From the human T2T-CHM13v2.0 reference genome, Homo sapiens, in the NCBI RefSeq assembly GCF_009914755.1, contig NC_060934.1: 64,000 nt of DNA; one strand, 5' to 3'. The translations under genes were made by a program, and so were the position numbers. Within the stretch, counting starts at the first letter, position 1. Each line of letters starts with the position of its first letter. The notes beneath the pieces were generated by a model, which had not been told where the DNA came from, did not search any database, and saw nothing but the letters and a program-made list of their open reading frames with translations. Of the stretch, positions 27,432-42,322 are shown one piece after another.

Positions 27432-27912
27432 GTAACATATCCCCTCTCAGCCAGTGATTTCTGATGCTGCAATTGTGACATTTTGAAATTCTGCATCCTG
27501 GGTGGCATTTTCATCCATCCATCCATGTGTCTGCCCGTTTCTGAAGCATCTCCTTGAGACGCCATGGGCAGCTCTGGTTGCACAGGAAATTACTAATTAC
27601 TTGGCATGAGCACCATCTGGGCATTACAATGTAGATTCTAGGGTCCCACCTCCAGAGATTATGACTAAGTAGGAAAAAGTCTCTGGAATCTGCATCTTAA
27701 CAAGTGGTTCAGGGATTCTGCATAAGAAGGGACAAAGGCAATCCAGCCCTGGCTGCTATGGGACAGAGTTGACCCAGCTGCTGTCCCCCAGCCTCCTAGG
27801 CCAAGGACTCTGCCAGAGGAGGGTTGAAGTAGCCCAAGGGGTAATTCCAGTATTCTGGTTTCCTATACCTTGTCACCCCAAATAGAGTAACCTGTCACCT
27901 TTATGCATTCAG

Positions 27913-27945
27913 ATGCGGAAGACCTACCTCCACCCACACCTCCAG
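27913..27945 (+). CDS. Micro-exon, 33 nt: (D)AEDLPPPTPP
   Basis: attcag|...|gtatgt. Confidence 0.8.
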
Positions 27946-29019
27946 GTATGTCCATATTTTTTTCTAATTCAGGCAACTTACTACTACTACTACTACTCAT
28001 AAAAGCAGCAAATACTTATAAGTATTTGCTGTAATAAGTAATAAGTAAGAACCAGGCACTGTTCTGAGCCCTTCACATATATAACTCTTTCAATCCCCTC
28101 AATAGCCCCTTGAGGCAGGTTCTTGGATTATTCATATTTTCCAGATAACCTGAGACATTGAAAGTTAGCAAGGTGCCCAGGGCTAGCCAGGGTATCTGAA
28201 CCCAAGCTGTCGATGCTCTTGGCCATTAGCCTTATTTACCCATTCCTTGGCTCAGCTACACAAAGACCAGGGAAAACTCGAGTAAATGTGGGGAGACGTT
28301 TTGCTCAGATCATTGCTAATCATCAGGACAATCCTGCCAAAAGGCATTATCTATTATATTTTACAGAAGAGAAAATTGAGACACAGAAAGGTTAAGTAAC
28401 TTTCTCAGGATCACTCAGTAAGTTAATGACCCAAATTTTGACACTGATCAGTCTGGCCCCAAAGTCATGCTCTTAGGGATCTTATGACTTTTACCTCTTT
28501 TCAAAGATCTTACAAATGAATTATTGACTAATATTCATCTGTAATAAAAACCAAATATTAGAAAAATCAGACCAACTACATGCACTGTGAATTCTGAAAT
28601 GATGCTGAAGGTGATTGAAAGGTGATTTCACAGCTGAGGATTAGGGAGATCAAAAAACCTACCGAAGATAACTTGATTAGAAAGTGGCAGGACTGGAATT
28701 TACAAAGCCATCTCTCACCCTTTGAATGCACCTGGCTGTCCCCTACACAGCCTCAGTGAACACAGATAAGCCATCATCCATTGGCAGAAGCATCTCTCTT
28801 GGGCACTTGCCTGGAGAAGACCTCGATGTGTCCTGGTGTTCTTGAAGGAAGGCCAGCTTTACCCATTGGTACCATGAGTGAGAAGGGAGGGACTGCCTAA
28901 AGTTAAAGGGCCATGGTTAGGGTCAAGGGCAGTGGATATTCCAATGAAGATCATCTGTAGTTTTCTCATTTTATGGACAGCAGGGAAATGAGAAAAATGA
29001 GATTGAGTGAAAGGAGCCA

Positions 29020-29860
29020 TTCTGGTTATCTATTGCTCACCGAAACTTAGCAATATAAAGTAACCACCATTTAGATGTATGTTATGTCTTTGAGGGTCAG
29101 GAATTCAGGCAGGGCTCAGCTGGGAGACCCTTCTGCTCCACAGAGCATTGAGCAGGGTTGCTCAATGGATTTCATCTGATGACTGGTCTGGAGAATTCAA
29201 GACAGCTTCACTCATATAGTTGGTGCCTTGGTGGGATCAGCTGGAAGGAAAGGCTCAGCCACAGCCCTCTTCCTTTTTAGGTGGTCTCAGGTTACAAGAA
29301 GTCTGACTACCATGCTGAGAGACCATGCACACTCAGACTTCTTTTTGTTTGTTTGTTTGTTTGTTTTTGAGACAGAGTTTCACTCTTTCGCCAAGGCTGG
29401 AGTGGAGTGGTGCTATCTCTGCTTACTGCAACCTCCGCCCCCCAGGTTCAAGCAATTCTCATGCCTCAGCTTCCAGAGTAGCTGGGATTATAGGCACCAT
29501 GCCCTGCTAATTTTTGTATTTTTAGTAGAGACAGGGTTTCACCATGTTGGCCAGGCTGGTCTCAGGTGATCCACCTGCCTCAGCCTCCCAAAGTGCTAGG
29601 AATACAGGCGTGAACCACTGCACCTGGCCACACTCAGACTTCTTGTAAGGTGGGTTAGGGCTCCATGAGCGAGCCAGTGTTCCCAGAGATGGGAGGTGGA
29701 AGCCACCAGTCTCTTAAGGTGCAGAGCCACTGCCACCATATTCTGTTGGTCAGAGCAGTCACAGAACCCACCCAGGTTCAAGGGAGGTTACCTAGACCCC
29801 ACCTTGTGACAGGAGGCATGTCTAAGAATTTGTGGCCTTCTCTAACCTGCCACAGAACCA
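29020..29860. mobile_element. MaLR LTR (MLT-like) interrupted by an Alu
   Basis: gggtcaggaattcaggcagggctcagctggg motif; element continues after the Alu. Confidence 0.55.
29344..29629 (-). mobile_element. Alu (AluS-like)
   Basis: TSD acactcagacttctt (29329-43 / 29630-44). Confidence 0.95.
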
Positions 29861-30018
29861 TAGAAAATATTGACTCAGCACCTTCAGTGCAGACTCTTCT
29901 CAGTTTGCACTAAGTACATTGATGTTTCTAAGGAAACCCTTTACATTTTACTGACTTATAGATAAGACTAAATATTTTCATCTGGATGTCATCATTTTCT
30001 GCCTTTTTTCCCTTTCAG

Positions 30019-30051
30019 ATTCTTCTACAGCTTCTCAGGATCACATAAAAG
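30019..30051 (+). CDS. Micro-exon, 33 nt: (D)SSTASQDHIK
   Basis: Strong pyrimidine tract tttcag|...|gtagcc. Confidence 0.7.
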
Positions 30052-31373
30052 GTAGCCTTTTATTTTAAATTGAAATGCTCATTCCATGTCAAGAGAACTA
30101 TTGTGGCAAATGCTGGGCAGTATGCCCAGGACATAGCACAACAGAGCCTGGCACAGTGTGGGCAAGGGGTCTGCTTCTCTGCTGCCACTCTGTGTAATAT
30201 AGTCTGTAAAAAATACTGACTTTACAACAAAAGGATCAGACTGGGAAGGGGGATGTGTATCTGCCCAGGTCAGACATCTGGCCCATACTCAGCCTTCCCT
30301 CTTTGGGTACAGTCCTATAGAAGGAACCAGCCCATTATCCCTTGCCACGTGTAGAGATTTCAGAAGGTCCAACTCCCAGAGGTTTCAGTGTCAGCCTGAC
30401 CTGGCCTCATTATTGTAGCTTATAAATGTGGTCAGTGATAAAACTACCAGATGACCAGGAGCATCATCGCTTCCTGCCGTCCATCTCAGGAAAGACGAGG
30501 AATCTGTGGGATTCTGGGAGGATCACAAGTTGTCCAAGAGGAACAGAAAGTAGAAAAATTAAGCAACTTCATATTTTAGGGACAAGGTCAATAAAGAATA
30601 TTGTACTTTCACATTTCCTCCAAAATAATTTTGTGTGAAATCTGCTTTCTTTGTGTGAAATCCTGTTTTAAATACATACATGTATGTGTGTGTATCTATC
30701 TATGCTAATATGACAACATACATGAAACTATTAGATTTCACTGTTACCTTGTTTAACCCTTATAAATCCAAAATCCTGCAAGTTCCAGTCTCAGACTAAA
30801 TATCTGAGTTAAAGGAAACATAATCTACCCAGCAAAAGTGAGGCAGAGTACTTAAAGAAGGTGCTGGTCATAACATCCCCTGCCAGATCAGTGTCCTTTT
30901 CCCTTTACCTACAATTCATCAGAACCCAAAGTTGTTCTAGAACCTCTTGCTCCCCAAACCTCCCCAAACTCTCCCCTTTCCCAAGCACATGTGGCCTCTG
31001 TTTCTTCATCTCTCCTTCCAGTCTCTCATTACTCTGTCCCTCCCCAGCAAGCAGAACCCCTACTTTAGAGAGGGGGAGAAAACTGTAAGCAGAAAGGACA
31101 AATTGCACATTTTCTTTATCAGGTGCTGAGAGAGAGGGAAAAGCAGGGAACATTCACACATTAATACTTTTTGCTTCATCAGAATTAGATTTAATAGACT
31201 CTCCTTCCCAAGAAACATTTAAGCTAAAGGTCTGCTCAGACAGCCTGTGCATGCCCACCCAGGCCGATTGGCGCCCAATTCTACCAGACCACTGCATGTA
31301 AACTGGTCTTTATTAGGATTACACAATGATGCCAAATGGACACATTCTGACACCATTTTTCCTGTTGTTTCAG

Positions 31374-31527
31374 GAGGAAGTAACTCTTGTGGAGGGGTCA
31401 TTTCTAGTCTCTCTGGCTCATTTTCTAGTCCACAGTATCCAGAAAACTACCCAACAGATATCCAGTGTGTTTGGGAGATCCACATGGGTGCAAAATTTCA
31501 CATAGAACTCATAATTCCAAGTTTGAA
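31374..31527 (+). CDS. CUB2 first exon (154 nt)
   Basis: tttcag|[52 protein letters not shown]|gtaaga. Confidence 0.93.
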
Positions 31528-33016
31528 GTAAGAAAACTTTTAAAGAGAACGTTCTATGTAAATAAGAATATTGATTTGTGAAATCATATTAAAGGTATTT
31601 CTTTTAGTGGGAAACATTTAAGAGTGAAAGCAGAAGCACCCAACATTCTATAGTTTTTCCAAGTCAAATTTTGGGTTAGCTTTGTAGCACTATCCAATGA
31701 GTTACTTCTTAGTTGAAAAATTCAGTAAGTGATTTATTAACATATTTTGATAGTGTTTCTTTTTTTTCTAAAAATGTCACAAAAATCCTCAACAGTTTTG
31801 CCCTTATTGTACACTGGGTATCAATATTTGTCCTCTTAGACTTTCTTATTTGAATCCAAATTTTAAACGGTAAGAGAATTTTCATACACACATTAGCCAA
31901 CTACTCCAGCTTTGGGTCCTGCATCTTCTAAATGTTTTGCAAAGTAAGAGGAGACATTAATGTCATTGCCTTATCTCTGACATAAAGAGAATAAATGTTC
32001 GAAAGTCACTGACATTTTTATCTCTATGACATAAAATAACAGCTGATGTTTTAATGCTAGCCCAGACTTTGTATGCTTTGTCATATTCCAGGGTTATACA
32101 GTCCAAAGATAGACGTCTTTGTCATCTCCATTAGAGATGAGGAGTCTGAGGCTCAGAGAGGATAACTAATTTGCCCAAGGCCAACCCATCTAGATCTGTC
32201 TGATGTCAATGACCCATCTGTTCACCAATATGTGGGTCTGTAAAAGAGTCTGCATGAAGCCCTTCTTCTTGTGCATGACACACATCGTGTTACAAACACA
32301 GCAAGACTGTAGAATTCCATGATCATTAGCTCCAGGCATGCACTGAATTGCGTTCCATCATGACTGTACCACAACCATGGATTCAGACATGCACTAAGCC
32401 AAAAATGCCTCAGGATATATTTGTTGACTAAAACTTTAGGGACACAATTAGCCACAATGAGGTAAGGACCTTGAACCCACACCTCCAAATTCTATTATGT
32501 TATCCATTGTCTGTTCCTTCAAAATTGCTTCCCCTTACCTTTCTCGTGAATAATTGCCATACTATTCTTCTATATCCTGCCACCACTTTTATTTTAAAAT
32601 CAAGTTTTTTCCTACCCAAGAATTCGAGTATGGCAATTATTGTGAAACACAGAAGTAGGAAAAATCTGGCCGTGATGTCTGTTACATGCTGATCTTTGGG
32701 GTGATCTGACTGTTATGAATTTAGTTGCAGTGTAAATTAGTATTTCCTAATGTCCTATGTAGGTTGTGATTGGCCAAAACCATTATAATTTTTAAACTTC
32801 TGTTATGAGATTGTAGCTGAAAGCCCCACACATTCCTTAGCCAAAGAAAATAGAGTTGTGATAGGTCATCTGAAAAAATTAATTAGTATTTTACATTTCA
32901 GTGTGCAATTTAAATATAATCCAAATATGTAATCTCTATGATTGTCACACTTTTTTAGCATTAAATTTTAGGAAGTTTCTAATCTGCCACTACCCCTCCA
33001 TGTCTATTCACCCCAG

Positions 33017-33234
33017 GTTGGAAGATATCCTTGGATGTCCCTATGACTCCGTTGAAATCTTCAATGGTCCCAGGATTGCCTCGCTCTCCATGGGGAAGTT
33101 CTGTGCCCCTGAAACTGTGATATTCTTCTCCTCCTCACACATCATGACAGTGGTGTTCCAAAGTGATTCTATGAAAACCAACACTGGCTTTTATGATCTT
33201 TTCAATGCCATTCCTCAGGGTGAAAGGGAGTCAG
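33017..33234 (+). CDS. CUB2 second exon (218 nt)
   Basis: cccag|[18 protein letters not shown]...MGKFC...TGFYDLF...ERES|gtagga; 154+218 = 372 nt. Confidence 0.93.
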
Positions 33235-34385
33235 GTAGGAAACTTCAAGTAGTTTTTGGTGGTTAAAAGACAGAACAGATTCTAACTTCAGAGTCTCCTT
33301 TGCCAGTAGAGCCCTAGGATTCAGTCTTTTAAGACCCCCACACTAGCTTCATTAACCCTGCTCCATAGCTGCTAGATTTTCCCACCATGAAGGCCACATG
33401 GGAAGCTACAATGAGGCAGTCATGTGCATTCTGTGTGTGAGTGGCCAGGCTGCTACTGCCTGCAGGGAAAAGCTGGGTGCTATGAACCGTCCTGGGGCTG
33501 CATCCACCCTCCACAGCCTCTTGGTAACTGTCCAGAGTGCTGAAATGTGGAAGTTCAACACTCGTATGACAAGACTCCACTTCCTCCACGAGCTGGCCCA
33601 TTTTATACCTTGCATACATTGAAACCTAGTCTCACCCAAATGAGAGCCTTGGGGATACCTGTTAGCCATGACCCTGCAGGCAGTCATGACCCTGCAGGCA
33701 GTCATTCCAAAGCCAGGTCCAATTTGCACCCTGCAAGCACACTGCCTGCCAAGTGTGAGACTTCTGATGCTGAGAGGCCCCTACAGAAACCCCAGAAATT
33801 CTTTTAGGCCACCAGAAAGCCAGATAGTAAGTCCCTGGATGTGGTTTGGGGTTTGCTTGTATCGGAGTAAGGGAATTTCTTGTATATTTCACCCCTAAAG
33901 CAATGTTCGAAACTCTGCCCTGGCAAAGCAAGGTAAGCTCCAACATTTGAAATCCAGACACTCATTAACTCAAGACCACCATTTAGCCATTTAACAATAG
34001 TTACAGAGGTCCTATTATATACCAGGTCCAGTTGTAAGTGTGGGAGCATGGTACAGCTCCGTGCCCTCATGGAGTTTATACTCTAGTGTGGACGTGGGTA
34101 AGTGAGAGAGGATCAAAACACAAGAAACAAGGAAATAAACAAACTGGTTTTGGGGTAAGGATGATAAAGGACAGGGGTGAAGGCTGGGAATAAGGAGTCA
34201 GGTGGGAGAATAGAGGGTGCCTGAGTAGAGTAGGTGCTACTATGGGCTGGATGAGAATGGATGGTATCTCTGAAGACGTGGCATGTGATGAATGACAAAG
34301 AAAAGCATTACAGGTGGAGGAAAGACTTGGGCATGTTGAAGCAACAGAAAGAAGGCCAAAGTGACAGAGCCAGTGGACACAGTAA

Positions 34386-34731
<346 letters not shown>

Positions 34732-35258
34732 AAGATAGCAGATAATTCTAATCGGCCACAGCCCTTCAGTCCAGATAGAGCATTGCCACTGTGTTCTATG
34801 AAGTCACAGTCACCCTTGTGGTCCAGGTGCATTTCAGGGGATTAAATCTACCCTTATTCAAGACACATACAAAAAAGCAGCTGGGAACCTGCTCTCCTGT
34901 AACCCAGCATTGTGACACAAAAACCATATGTCAAGTTCTGCAGTAACCCTGACGTGCTGGGTGCTGAGCACACTCTCATTGGTAGCATCTCCTCCAGATG
35001 CTGCTAGAGTCCTTATTTTACAGGTGATAAAACTGAGGGTCAGGGAGACAGTCACTTATCAAAATTTACACAACTAGGAAGCCATAGAACAAGGATTCAA
35101 ACCCACTTCCTATCTCACTCTGAATCCCTTAAGCCTGATTAAATCAGTTGGCTTTAAGGTTTTGCTCTTGTGGTTGCCTTAGCCACAAACACAGAAGCCA
35201 GAAATCACTTGCTACTTAAAACTTATCAAACTCAAAAATAAAATTTTGCTCTGTTTAG

Positions 35259-35576
35259 AAGATGGACCAGAGTTGCGGCTGGTGGGTGGCTCTGGCCAGT
35301 GCTCAGGACATGGGGAGGTCCTACACAAGGGCTCCTGGGGCACTGTGTGTGATGACCTGTGGGATCTGAATGAAGCTGAGGTTGTGTGCCAGCAGCTCGG
35401 GTGTGGTAAGGCCATTGCTGCTCCTGGAAAGGCCCACTTTGGCCCAGGTTCTGGAGACATCCTTCTAGACAACATTCAGTGTTCAGGAAGTGAGAACCAC
35501 CTTGGCCAGTGGCCCAGCTCCGGCTGGTCAGACCACAACCGTGGCCACCATGAGGATGCCAATGTTGTCTGCTCAG
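35259..35576 (+). CDS. SRCR6 exon (318 nt, open; Cys6>Trp, Cys7>Arg)
   Basis: tttag|[27 protein letters not shown]...[25 protein letters not shown]|gtggcc. Confidence 0.9.
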
Positions 35577-35964
35577 GTGGCCTCTCCTTCCATGATAGAT
35601 TCCTTCTGATCTTTCACCCAAAGACATCCTAGTGATGGATGAAGGCCATGCATGAAGTGGGGCCAGGGAATTTTGGGACAGTGGCCCAACAGATGAATGT
35701 CCCTTTGGCCAGGTAGACAGAGAATGCTGTGAGCCTGGCTCCATTCTGAGGACAAACACAGCAGAGCCACACAATTGGCTGCTTCTGTTCTCTGCACCTC
35801 TCCCATTTCTGGAACTGCTTTTCCAGGTCTAACCATGCCCTCGTTTTTGTTTATGTAACATACGACCTGCCTGCTTGAGAACTGCCCACACTAGAAAGCC
35901 ACCATTTCTTTGTCTTCATAGAATGTAATTTAGATTTTTCTAAATTTTTCTTGTATGCATGCAG

Positions 35965-36006
35965 ATGCTGGGGACTGGGCTCCAGATGTGATTCCTCCAC
36001 CCCCAG
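35965..36006 (+). CDS. Micro-exon, 42 nt: (D)AGDWAPDVIPPPP
   Basis: atgcag|...|gtaagt; positional paralogue of 27913-27945. Confidence 0.8.
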
Positions 36007-36094
36007 GTAAGTCCAACACTAAATTTGCACTATCTTGGCAAAGTTAAAAAAAAAGTAACCTCTCTCCTGACCTAGACACTGGTCAACAATGACT

Positions 36095-36272
36095 AGGCTG
36101 GTGATTCCCAATTCTGGCTGCACACCAGAATCACTCAGCAAGCTTTTGAAATTCCTGGTGCCCAGGCTGCATCCCTGACCTGTCACCTTAGAGTCTCTGA
36201 GGTCACTCCCAGACATCAGTGATATTTGAAGCTCCCTGTGTCATTCCAATGTGCAGCCAAGGTTGAGAACTA
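36095..36272. mobile_element. MER5-like hAT element
   Basis: ctggctgcacaccagaatcac...aatgtgcagccaaggttgagaac. Confidence 0.7.
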
Positions 36273-37942
36273 GTGCTTAGGCAAGGAGCTAAGAGCCATA
36301 TTTCCCAAATGGAATCACATTCAAAACTCTCTTCTGGTGGCAGAGCAAGGGAGGGCAGGAGGAGAAAGACTGAGTCACTATGGCTGAGAAGAAGGTCGAT
36401 AGGGAGAAGAGAGACCCTGGAAAGGTTGTCTCTTAGGTACATGGGTTAGAAAATGAAAGTATGCAGGAAAGAAAAGATACATCGAGTGTCAAACTGTCTC
36501 CCAGTGAGTCAAGAGCAGACTGCTGATGAGAAGTAAACCATTTAGGGCTCTTCCGTGGCCCTCCTGGCTTAGCCAACACAACAGAGTGGACTTACTGGTA
36601 AACTACTCAAAGTCAGTGTGCAGCAGTGACCTTCTCCCGAACTCAAGATTCTGAAGTATGTGGGGTCCTGCCTCCTGCAGCCTCCTGCTTCCCAGGGATG
36701 GGTTCTCAGCTGCCCCCTTCTCTGCTCCCTGGGCCCCTGGGCCCTGCCCAGCCTCTTCCCTAACCCTGCCCAGTGACTGATGCCACACTCTGTCCCCAGC
36801 AGGGGCCTGGACACTAGGAAGCTATTGGGATCAGGGGTGCATTTTGTGGCATTTCGGGGCCCAACAAGGTAGATGGCAGCTGTCCGTACCCTGGGCTGGC
36901 AGAACCATGGCACATTTGCCAGGACACTCTGTGGAGGTCTCTTGCCCATTCCAGTCCAGGTCCCAAGTACGTCCCAAGATGGAGACCTCCATTCCTTGTG
37001 GGTTGCCCAGCTGCCATGGGTCAGGGCAGTAACCTGTAGGAAGGGGAAAGTGGTTTCCCCACCCCTGGCCAGGGCCCCACATTTTCATTTTGCACTGAGA
37101 CTCACAAATTATGTAGCTGCTCTGGAGGGGAGGCAGAGTGCACAGAACCCCTTCTCGGGTTTAACAAGCAGCTACACTCTCTTTGATTCCCTCTGGCTTT
37201 CTTCCTCTTCCCCAGTGAGGAGTCTGTTCTGGCCTGGGCCCTGGAAGGAGGAAAAGACAGCAGGAGGAGAGGGGATGGTTTTCAGTTCATCAACAGCTCT
37301 AGGCCCAAGTCCCCTTGGAGCCTGGGGTTTCAAACCTCAGAAAGCCTTTCTGTCTTCTTTCTGCTGTAATATCCATTTTCTGAGGCAGAGGTGCATAGCT
37401 GGCTGGAAAAAAGAAGGGGTCATGGGATTAAGGAAACTATGGAGGGAAATACAACCACTTATGTCTAAATAGTATCCCACTGTAAGCATGAATCAAAAAA
37501 AATTCTTATTGATAGAACATTATATACCTACCAAGACACAAAAATATAAGGCTTTTGCCATTTAATACTCTGAGATAAATATCACATATCAAGCATTTTA
37601 ACAAAAGAAAATTGCTTCTGAGCCACTTTAAGTTAGTGAAAATGTATTCCAGTGATATAGTGCACTTCTTCAGGCAAAGGACTGATGACAGGTTAAGTTG
37701 ACCGTGTCCATCACTTTCACTGCTCTGCACATTGCTGCAGTGCTGGCCAAGGAGCAAAACAATGGGGATAAAGGAATTCTCAAGTACATCTGACATGTTT
37801 GCTTCAAATTCCTCCCCCAATAAACCGTTGGTGTAAAATCCAAACATTTAACAGCATTCTCATGATCAGGCTTTCATAGCTGCCCTCCCCTCAGCACCTG
37901 CTATGCAGGGGGTATTGAGGACACACATAGAATATAGACGTG

Positions 37943-38288
37943 CAGCAGGCCTTCTGTATCCATGATCCCACATCTGTGGATTCAACCAACTGTGGATCAA
38001 AAATATTCAGGAAGAAGAATCAATAGTTACATCTGTATTGAACATGTACAGACTTTTTTTCTTGTCTTTATTCCCTGGACAATACAGTGTAACTACTATT
38101 TACATAGTGTTATAATACATTGTATTAGGTATTATAAGTCATCCAGAGATTATTTAAAGTATAATGGAGGATGAGCATAGGTTCTATGCAAATACTCCTA
38201 TGTTGTATATGAGACTTGAGGATCCGCAGATTTTGATATCCTTGGGGAGTCTTGGAACCAATCCCCCATAGACATTGAGGGACAACTG
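37943..38288. mobile_element. MER2 (TcMar-Tigger)
   Basis: ggattcaaccaactgtggatcaaaaatattc ... ggaaccaatccccc...gagggacaactg. Confidence 0.8.
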
Positions 38289-38803
38289 TGTATGCCACAT
38301 AGAAATCAAAGCCAAGAGGAAACAATAAAGGAAAAAGAAGGGACCTTAAACACTCATTGGACCTCCCCATTAAGGTCCGTATTTCTCCAATGGAACACTT
38401 ATCCAACCTGCCTTTCTCCACCCTGGCTCTCAGATTTCTGGTTTTTAGTTTTCTGAATTTCAGTGCTTAGTAAATTTCTATAGGCTTAGTGGTATGGTCA
38501 TAAGCCCAGTGATGTCACTGTAATTCCTAGTAACTGGTCAACCCAAGTATAACCTGTGGAGTGTGGAACCTAGCATATGAGAGAAAACAAGTCATGTAAC
38601 TGTGTGTGGTTGGTGATTTCCTCATGAATCAGCTGAAAGAAGGGCAGAGGCTCCATTCCAGATCAGGGAGAAAAGACAAATGAGCATCTACACCATTTAT
38701 TAAAACTCAAGGGTAATAATAGGCTCATTCATTTGTGCTTAAGTATAAGATGGTTTATGATGCTAAGCTCTCTCCTGATTTTCTTTGGTTTTGGTTTTTG
38801 CAG

Positions 38804-38833
38804 ATATCATTCCTCCAGCCCCTATACCACAAG
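38804..38833 (+). CDS. Micro-exon, 30 nt: (D)IIPPAPIPQ
   Basis: tttgcag|...|gtaact. Confidence 0.8.
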
Positions 38834-39340
38834 GTAACTCTCTTTCATTGAAAGTGTAACCTATACAGTATTAAGTTGCAGAGAATTATTTTTGTAATTC
38901 ATAAAAGCAGAATGGACTTCTGTGCGCACTGGCTACCACAGGGGCAATGGGTGGGATGGAGCCCTCACAAATGGGTGGGTTATCCACATCTGAGCTGAGC
39001 TGGTTTGCATGGCAGGAGACTTGAGGAGAGCATCAAAGAAATACAGGCTGCCCTCACTATACACATGCTACATGCATGTGTCAAATCCCATTTCCAATAT
39101 CGCTTACAATCAATTGTAGGGTCGTGCCTGTCTGTCATGCATCTTCCATCCTCCCTCATGCCCTCTCAGTGGCACAGTCACTCACACCAGCCAAGCTACA
39201 ACTGTGTCTACACCAGCATGATCACTCCCCATTTAGTGACTCCACTGCTGAGCTTGATGGAATTCTGGATTCTACATCTGGAAAAATGCAACGTGCATGC
39301 CTAGTGAAACCAACCAAGGGTCTCTCATCTGCTTTTACAG

Positions 39341-39494
39341 GAGGAAGTAACTCTTGTGGAGGAGTGATTTCAAGTCTCTCAGGTTCCTTCTCCAGCCCTT
39401 GGTACCCTACAAACTACCCCACCAACTTGGAGTGCGTCTGGGTGATACACGTGGCTGAGAAATTCCACATAGAACTGATGATCCCAAGCCTGAA
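39341..39494 (+). CDS. CUB3 first exon (154 nt)
   Basis: ttacag|[52 protein letters not shown]|gtaagc. Confidence 0.93.
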
Positions 39495-40804
39495 GTAAGC
39501 AACATTTTCTTTCTTTACTTTTAAGGCCAGTTTAGATTTGAATCCATACTTTCCTCAATGAGGTAGGCTTTTGTGGGATAAATCCTTTCACATTTTAGGC
39601 GAGAATTGCTCTGATCATCTGAGCTGTGGAGAGTTATTTAATCAGTTAGCTCAACTTCCTGTGCAATAAGAGAACACTCCATGGGCCTCCCTGACACCAG
39701 CCCGTTGAGCTGTAGCTGGGGCAACCCACACATGAAGACCTCACCCCATCACTTTTAACCAGTTCCGTTTGAGACACAGGCTTCCTCCTCCATCTGAACC
39801 CAGATCTGTTCTTCTTCATCCTCATGGTCTGATCTTCATTCTTCCCTCTGATGCTACACAAATCTGCTTCCTGTTCTCTTCAAGAATTTCTATCACGTCC
39901 TTACCAAGAATTTTCTTGTACAGATTAAACAGTTAATTCATTCCCCCATTATGCACCTTGTTCTTCCTACTTCTTTCTTTAACTGTCACTCATTTTTAAG
40001 GAATGTATCCTATTTTAATGTACATTTATATGCATGTAGGTGTATATACACACACACACATTTTCATATATGCATACATATACATGAGGAACACTTAAAC
40101 AAAAATATTACTTTTCCTGATAATGTTTAACCCCGGTTTCATCTTGCTCTACTGCACCTAGGTCATTCTCTCTTCCTTACTTTGTCCCACAGTATGCCCC
40201 AGACCTCTGCCACTGCTTTCCATCTGTCGTCATTGACCACAGCATTTGAGAATCTGAATGGTTAAATGCTGCTTTTAAAAATGTAAAATGGTACTCGGTG
40301 GCGGAGGGGCGAACTTCATTGGCTTTACTTGGTAGCTACATATTTTTTGATAGAAAAGACATAAGCTAATGTCAGGGGACATTATGCAGTAGGAGCAAAA
40401 TGCATTTATCATTCATTGATTCAACATACATTTATTCCTTTGTTCAACATACATTTATCTGTTGAAAGCAATGTGAGAAGAGTTGGTACCATGTATTTCA
40501 GATCTATGAAATTCACAGTTCTAATGTTTTAGGGCATAGTTTAATTTTATCACTTCTGGGAAATGGTGATTCCAAACAGTTGTAATGGCCCACATCCCCT
40601 GTAATGTCAAAGTTATTGTTCTAACATAAGTTTCGTACTATAATTTTGGAGTGCACAAATTAAGGAGTTTTTAAGGTGTTGCCCAAAACCAGACCATAGT
40701 GGCTGATTTCTGAATTTTGATGTTAAAAGCCTAGATTTATTGAAATTTGCTTTTTTGTTACTCAGAAGATAAAGTTGGTTATCATTTACTATTTATTGTT
40801 ATTC

Positions 40805-41025
40805 CAGTTCTCAACTGGAAGTGATTATATACCCTTACAAGACATTTGGCTAGGTCTGGAGACATTTTTTACTGTTACAATTAGAAGGCACCACTGTCAG
40901 CTAGTGGGTGGAGGCCAGAGATGCAGCTAAGTGTCCTGCAGTGAACAAGACAGCTCCCCCAACTCCTTGTCCAGAAAAGAATTATCCAGCACCAAATATC
41001 AATACTGCTGAGATTGAAAAACCCC
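40805..41025. mobile_element. MER20 (hAT-Charlie)
   Basis: gacatttggctaggtctggagacatttt...gggtggaggccagagatgcagctaa...aagaattatcc. Confidence 0.75.
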
Positions 41026-42322
41026 GACTTACCCTGACTCTTACTTTCATTTTTTAAAATAGTTCAGCACCTACAGGACCTTGCTTCACGCTCAATTTGT
41101 AAAAATTATATCCATATTTAAACTATTAGGTAGGGGCAAAAGTAACTGCAGGTTTTGACGTTACTCTTAATGCTGTTTTATTCTTGCTAATTAAAGCATG
41201 TCCTGTTTTCTGATGAAATGATTTCTCAGGTTGCAGTGTCAGCTGTTACTGCCACACTGTTGTCACCTTACACACAAATGTGATCACTTACTTTAAGAAA
41301 ACAAAAATAAAAATGGGTTATTTTAAGGTACTTGGCTTTTACTTCACTGGAACAGATGTGTTCTGCAATAAGCAGGTTTTCAAATGCAGTATTTAGTTTG
41401 TGTACAACTGTAATTATGTCTATCTTGTATATATCATGCAATGAGAATGTATCATATAGGCATCAAAGGCTGCTTACTATTGTTTAAATCCAAATATGTA
41501 TCTCTCATACTTGTATCATGTTAGATCAATGTTGATGTTCTTTCAACATGTATTTATTAAGCCTCTACTCAATTTATTGAGCAGGCCCTGGACTAGAATC
41601 AGACTCATAGTGCCAACCAAGAAAGATGAGATCTCTACCCTCACAGAGTTTATATTCTAGATGATGAGACAAATGGTACTCAGATAAACCAATGACTCAA
41701 TGGACAATTTCAACTAGTGATAAATTGAAAAATGCTATGAAGAAAAAAATATACATACATGATAATAGGATAGAAAATAAAGAAGGAGAAGACAGCAACA
41801 GGTAGGATGGCCAGGGTCAGCTTCTCTGATCATCCAGGTTGGATGAAACATTCACGAAACACTTGGTTTGAACAGGGCAGGTCGGAGCATTGGTGGGAGG
41901 AGTCAACAGACCCTTGGAGCTCTTACAACTGTCACCATTTCTGCCTGCTCTGGGTCTCCTGGAGAGTTTAACTCAATGAGGCACTGTTAGATATTTGCCA
42001 CCACCCCAGAGAGTGGCAAGATTTGAATTAAAGAGTTGGGGGACACTTGAGGAGACACTCGAGGTAGAGAGGAAGAGGATAGGAGAGACTGAAGGCCAGA
42101 ATACCAGAAGTTACTGAAATAGACTGGGTAGAAGATGAGAACCCAACAGACCTGGGGCAGTCCCAGTAGGAAAGGACAGGAGGGCAGATTCAATAGGTCA
42201 AATGATGAGTAGGGGGTGTAGCAGTGATGACTGCAGTTTTTGGCGGGATGCTATGCAAAAGATGACTCTAAAACATCTTGCAGATTTCCTTGGAGATATT
42301 AATTTTGTCTTCATGTCCTCAG

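Noticed and set aside
36840-37040. Scattered SRCR-like words (HFGAQQGR, SVEVS, WHICQDTLW)
   Set aside because: They fall in different frames and in the wrong order, so they are probably chance.
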